Assembly: GCA_964594215.1 (NCBI GenBank)
Contig: CAZQLN010000002.1
Location: 41,855 to 105,854 of the forward strand
Reading direction: 5' to 3'
DNA length: 64,000 nucleotides
Source of the DNA: an uncultured Bdellovibrionales bacterium
Lineage (GTDB): Bacteria; Patescibacteriota; Minisyncoccia; Moranbacterales; UBA1568
Shown here: in pieces, positions 61,933 through 64,000 of the stretch
Numbering within the stretch: position 1 is the first letter of the stretch
Layout of the letters: every line of letters starts with the position of its first letter
Position numbers and translations under genes: made by a program
The notes under the pieces: generated by a model
What the model saw: only the letters and a program-made list of their open reading frames with translations
The model's database searches: none
Told to the model about the DNA's origin: nothing

Positions 61933-62601
61933 TTACCTTAGAACAAAGGGGTTGAAATCAGTATCTTTATCATAATAATCCTCATCCTCAAGCCTCTTTA
62001 GTTTGTTGATCACATAATATGTCCACGGTGTAAATAAAACCTCGATAATTACCTTGAGAACCCAACCCGTAATTACTGAAGCTACAAGTAGACCGGTGGG
62101 TATGATGCCATACAAGGCAATAATGTAAAAAAGGGCTGTGTTAAGAAATTCTCCTACAATAGTAGAGCCAATGGTACGTGTCCATAAATATTTTCCGTTT
62201 GTCCAGATCTTCATCTTAGCTAGTACGTAGTCATTGGCAATTCCTCCAACCCATACAGCAATCCATCCTCCAAGTAAGATACGAGGTACTGATCCAAGAA
62301 CTCGAGTGTACGCTTCATTGGCTTCAAATCCAGCTGCTGGCGGAAGCCAAACTACTAACTGATACACAAGACCCGCTACTAATGAGCAAAAGAATACGTT
62401 CCAAAGTAACTTTCGGGCTTTTGTATAGCCATAAACTTCAGTCACTACGTCAGCTAAAACATAGGTTATAGGAAAATAAAGAACTGTTACAGAGACTGGA
62501 AAAGTAAATAATGTGATAATCTTCCCAGCACTTACATCTGAAATCAACTGAAATGTAATATAGAGAGTTGTGATAAGACCGAGATATCTGTACTGCTTCA
62601 T
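61933..62601 (-). CDS. Queuosine precursor transporter (VUT/YhhQ family)
   Basis: FPITYVLADVVTEVYGY, PRILLG, LWTRTIGSTIVGE, DTDFNPF; start trimmed to ATG at 62601. Confidence 0.9.
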   Translation of the reverse strand: MKQYRYLGLITTLYITFQLISDVSAGKIITLFTFPVSVTVLYFPITYVLADVVTEVYGYTKARKLLWNVFFCSLVAGLVYQLVVWLPPAAGFEANEAYTRVLGSVPRILLGGWIAVWVGGIANDYVLAKMKIWTNGKYLWTRTIGSTIVGEFLNTALFYIIALYGIIPTGLLVASVITGWVLKVIIEVLFTPWTYYVINKLKRLEDEDYYDKDTDFNPFVLR

Positions 62602-62693
62602 GACAATACTATTAATTAACTCCATACTAACACCATACTTATTCCTCTGCCAATAATAAAAACTCATTATAAAAAGCTGGTTTTTTCTTTTGA

Positions 62694-62860
62694 TGAGCAG
62701 GTAAGGGGAATGAACAAAAGCTAAGGCTTTTCTAAGAACCCACGGTTCTCAGCGCTTTGCTGCTCTCCTCCAACTGAAAAACAAATGTTTTTCCGACCCT
62801 TTTCCTGTTCGATTCCCCTACAAGAGACAAAAAGCAAAACCACCCATTAAAGGGTGGTCT
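62694..62860 (-). repeat. tRNA-associated mini-element with direct and inverted copies of the tRNA-Gly 3' arm
   Basis: 62694-62715 repeats 62869-62891 with one mismatch and one deletion; 62807-62819 is the exact reverse complement of 62879-62891. Confidence 0.7.
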
Positions 62861-62870
62861 TACTTTTTTG

Positions 62871-62943
62871 AGCGGGTAAGGGGAATCGAACCCCTGTCCT
62901 CAGCTTGGAAGGCTGATGTAATGAGCCATTATACAATACCCGC
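62871..62943 (-). tRNA. tRNA-Gly(TCC)
   Basis: GCGGGTA/TACCCGC acceptor stem, TCAGC-CTTCCAA-GCTGA anticodon arm, GTTCGATTC T-loop. Confidence 0.95.
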
Positions 62944-62952
62944 TTGTTGAAG

Positions 62953-63681
62953 CTATTTTTTCAAATTTGCTGAATCCAGTCCAGTGAATGGATCTTTATG
63001 CCACTGATTTTCCGGTACTCCCATTTCAGCTAGCATCTTTTCCATGGCTTCTAGGAAGGATGGCGAACCTACAATATAGTACACGCATTCCTGCGGCTTG
63101 TCTATATAGCGTTCAATAAGCGCTCTATCTATATATCCCTTCTCCTCTTGGTCAGTCAAGGGTCTTTCTTCTTGAGAAAAAACGTCTACATAGCGAAAAT
63201 TAGCCAATGAAAGCCCTCTGAGTTCATCTCGGTGAGGGGCATCCTCGCGGGTACGGTTAGCATTGAATAGAATGAATTTTCGTGCACTCTTGCCTTGAGC
63301 TTCTTCACAAAGCTGACTTCGTACTGGAGTGATCCCAACTCCTCCGACCAGAAATACTACCTCCCGTGTATCAGTTGGATCTAACACAAATTTTCCAATC
63401 GGTGGAGTAATACTTACGGTATCTCCTGGTTGCATACTCCAAAATGTTTTCTTGAAACCACTTTCGCTCTGACGCATAGTAAAAGCGATAAAATTCTCAC
63501 AAGGTGAAGAACATATGGAAAGTGAACGCACACCGGCGCGAGCGTCAGGCGCTACGAGATTATCCAGCTTCAGAGCAACATATTGCCCAGCAATAAAATG
63601 AAAGTTGGCTGGTTTATCAAAAAAGAACGTTTTCGTTCCGTAAGCAGAGTCTTCTATTTTTTGGAGAGTCAAAGTAATCAT
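62953..63681 (-). CDS. FAD/NAD(P)-binding oxidoreductase (FNR-like)
   Basis: FIAGQY, RSLSICSSP, PIGKF, GGVGITP, YIVGSP. Confidence 0.88.
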   Translation of the reverse strand: MITLTLQKIEDSAYGTKTFFFDKPANFHFIAGQYVALKLDNLVAPDARAGVRSLSICSSPCENFIAFTMRQSESGFKKTFWSMQPGDTVSITPPIGKFVLDPTDTREVVFLVGGVGITPVRSQLCEEAQGKSARKFILFNANRTREDAPHRDELRGLSLANFRYVDVFSQEERPLTDQEEKGYIDRALIERYIDKPQECVYYIVGSPSFLEAMEKMLAEMGVPENQWHKDPFTGLDSANLKK

Positions 63682-63720
63682 GTATGTATTTTGGCTGTAT
63701 TGAAGAGTCTTGTCAAAGTT

Positions 63721-63999
63721 CTAAACTATTTCACGAAAAATCTTTTCATAAGCATCGACCTCAAGAAGCATCACAAGCGTTTTGGCTAACTTATGTCCAT
63801 CGTGACGGATCAGTGATCGCGTACCGGAAATAACATCACCTTTCTGGCGAACTACTTTTTTGGTATTGAGAAAATCACTTGCCACTACTCGATACTTTGT
63901 TCGTGTCGCTGTTTTCTGAAATCCTACCAATTCACTATCTTCCTTCCGGTATTCCTCAAGAAGTTTCTCCGCTGGCCGTTTTTTATTATAGGTAACAAA
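63721..63999 (-). CDS. YvcK/UPF0052 (CofD-like) protein, 3' part (starts beyond window)
   Basis: Frame is open to the window edge; C-terminal SLIRHDGHKLA motif typical of YvcK. Confidence 0.7.
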   Translation of the reverse strand, partial: FVTYNKKRPAEKLLEEYRKEDSELVGFQKTATRTKYRVVASDFLNTKKVVRQKGDVISGTRSLIRHDGHKLAKTLVMLLEVDAYEKIFREIV

Positions 64000-64000
64000 A

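Noticed and set aside
62694-62822. Second tRNA or intron-containing tRNA
   Set aside because: Only the T-arm and 3' acceptor strand are present; there is no matching 5' acceptor strand, D-arm or anticodon arm.

Overview
Core-genome window of a reduced bacterium of Patescibacteria/CPR type. Parcubacteria, possibly Moranbacteria-like, is inferred from the missing rpmD, SD-less housekeeping genes, editing-less ThrRS, minimal TsaB, split ComEC and DUF4012/lamin-tail genes. Genetic code 11; most genes are on the minus strand. It holds the str/S10/spc ribosomal clusters through secY-adk-map, rpoBC, ftsAZ, ftsK-rodZ-recA, gyrB, hisS, thrS, efp, rpsF-ssb-rpsR, competence and envelope genes, tRNA-Pro(GGG), tRNA-Gly(TCC) and a small accessory patch at about 58-63 kb. 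No CRISPR array, rRNA, transposase or integrase was seen. The most interesting signals are non-coding. (1) An apparent ~165-nt RNA unit between pth and rplY, with its own sigma70 promoter, a perfect 25-bp closing inverted repeat and a terminator. (2) A recurring 'promoter + rrn-like boxA + cargo + terminator' layout shared by that unit and two orphan genes, one inserted between fusA and tuf and one carrying an AcrVA2/FinQ-like HxRxGHWR motif. (3) A ~175-bp element downstream of tRNA-Gly with direct and inverted copies of the tRNA T-arm. (4) Structured leaders before rplC, rpsF and rpoB. All calls come from reading the sequence by eye; no searches or folding programs were run.
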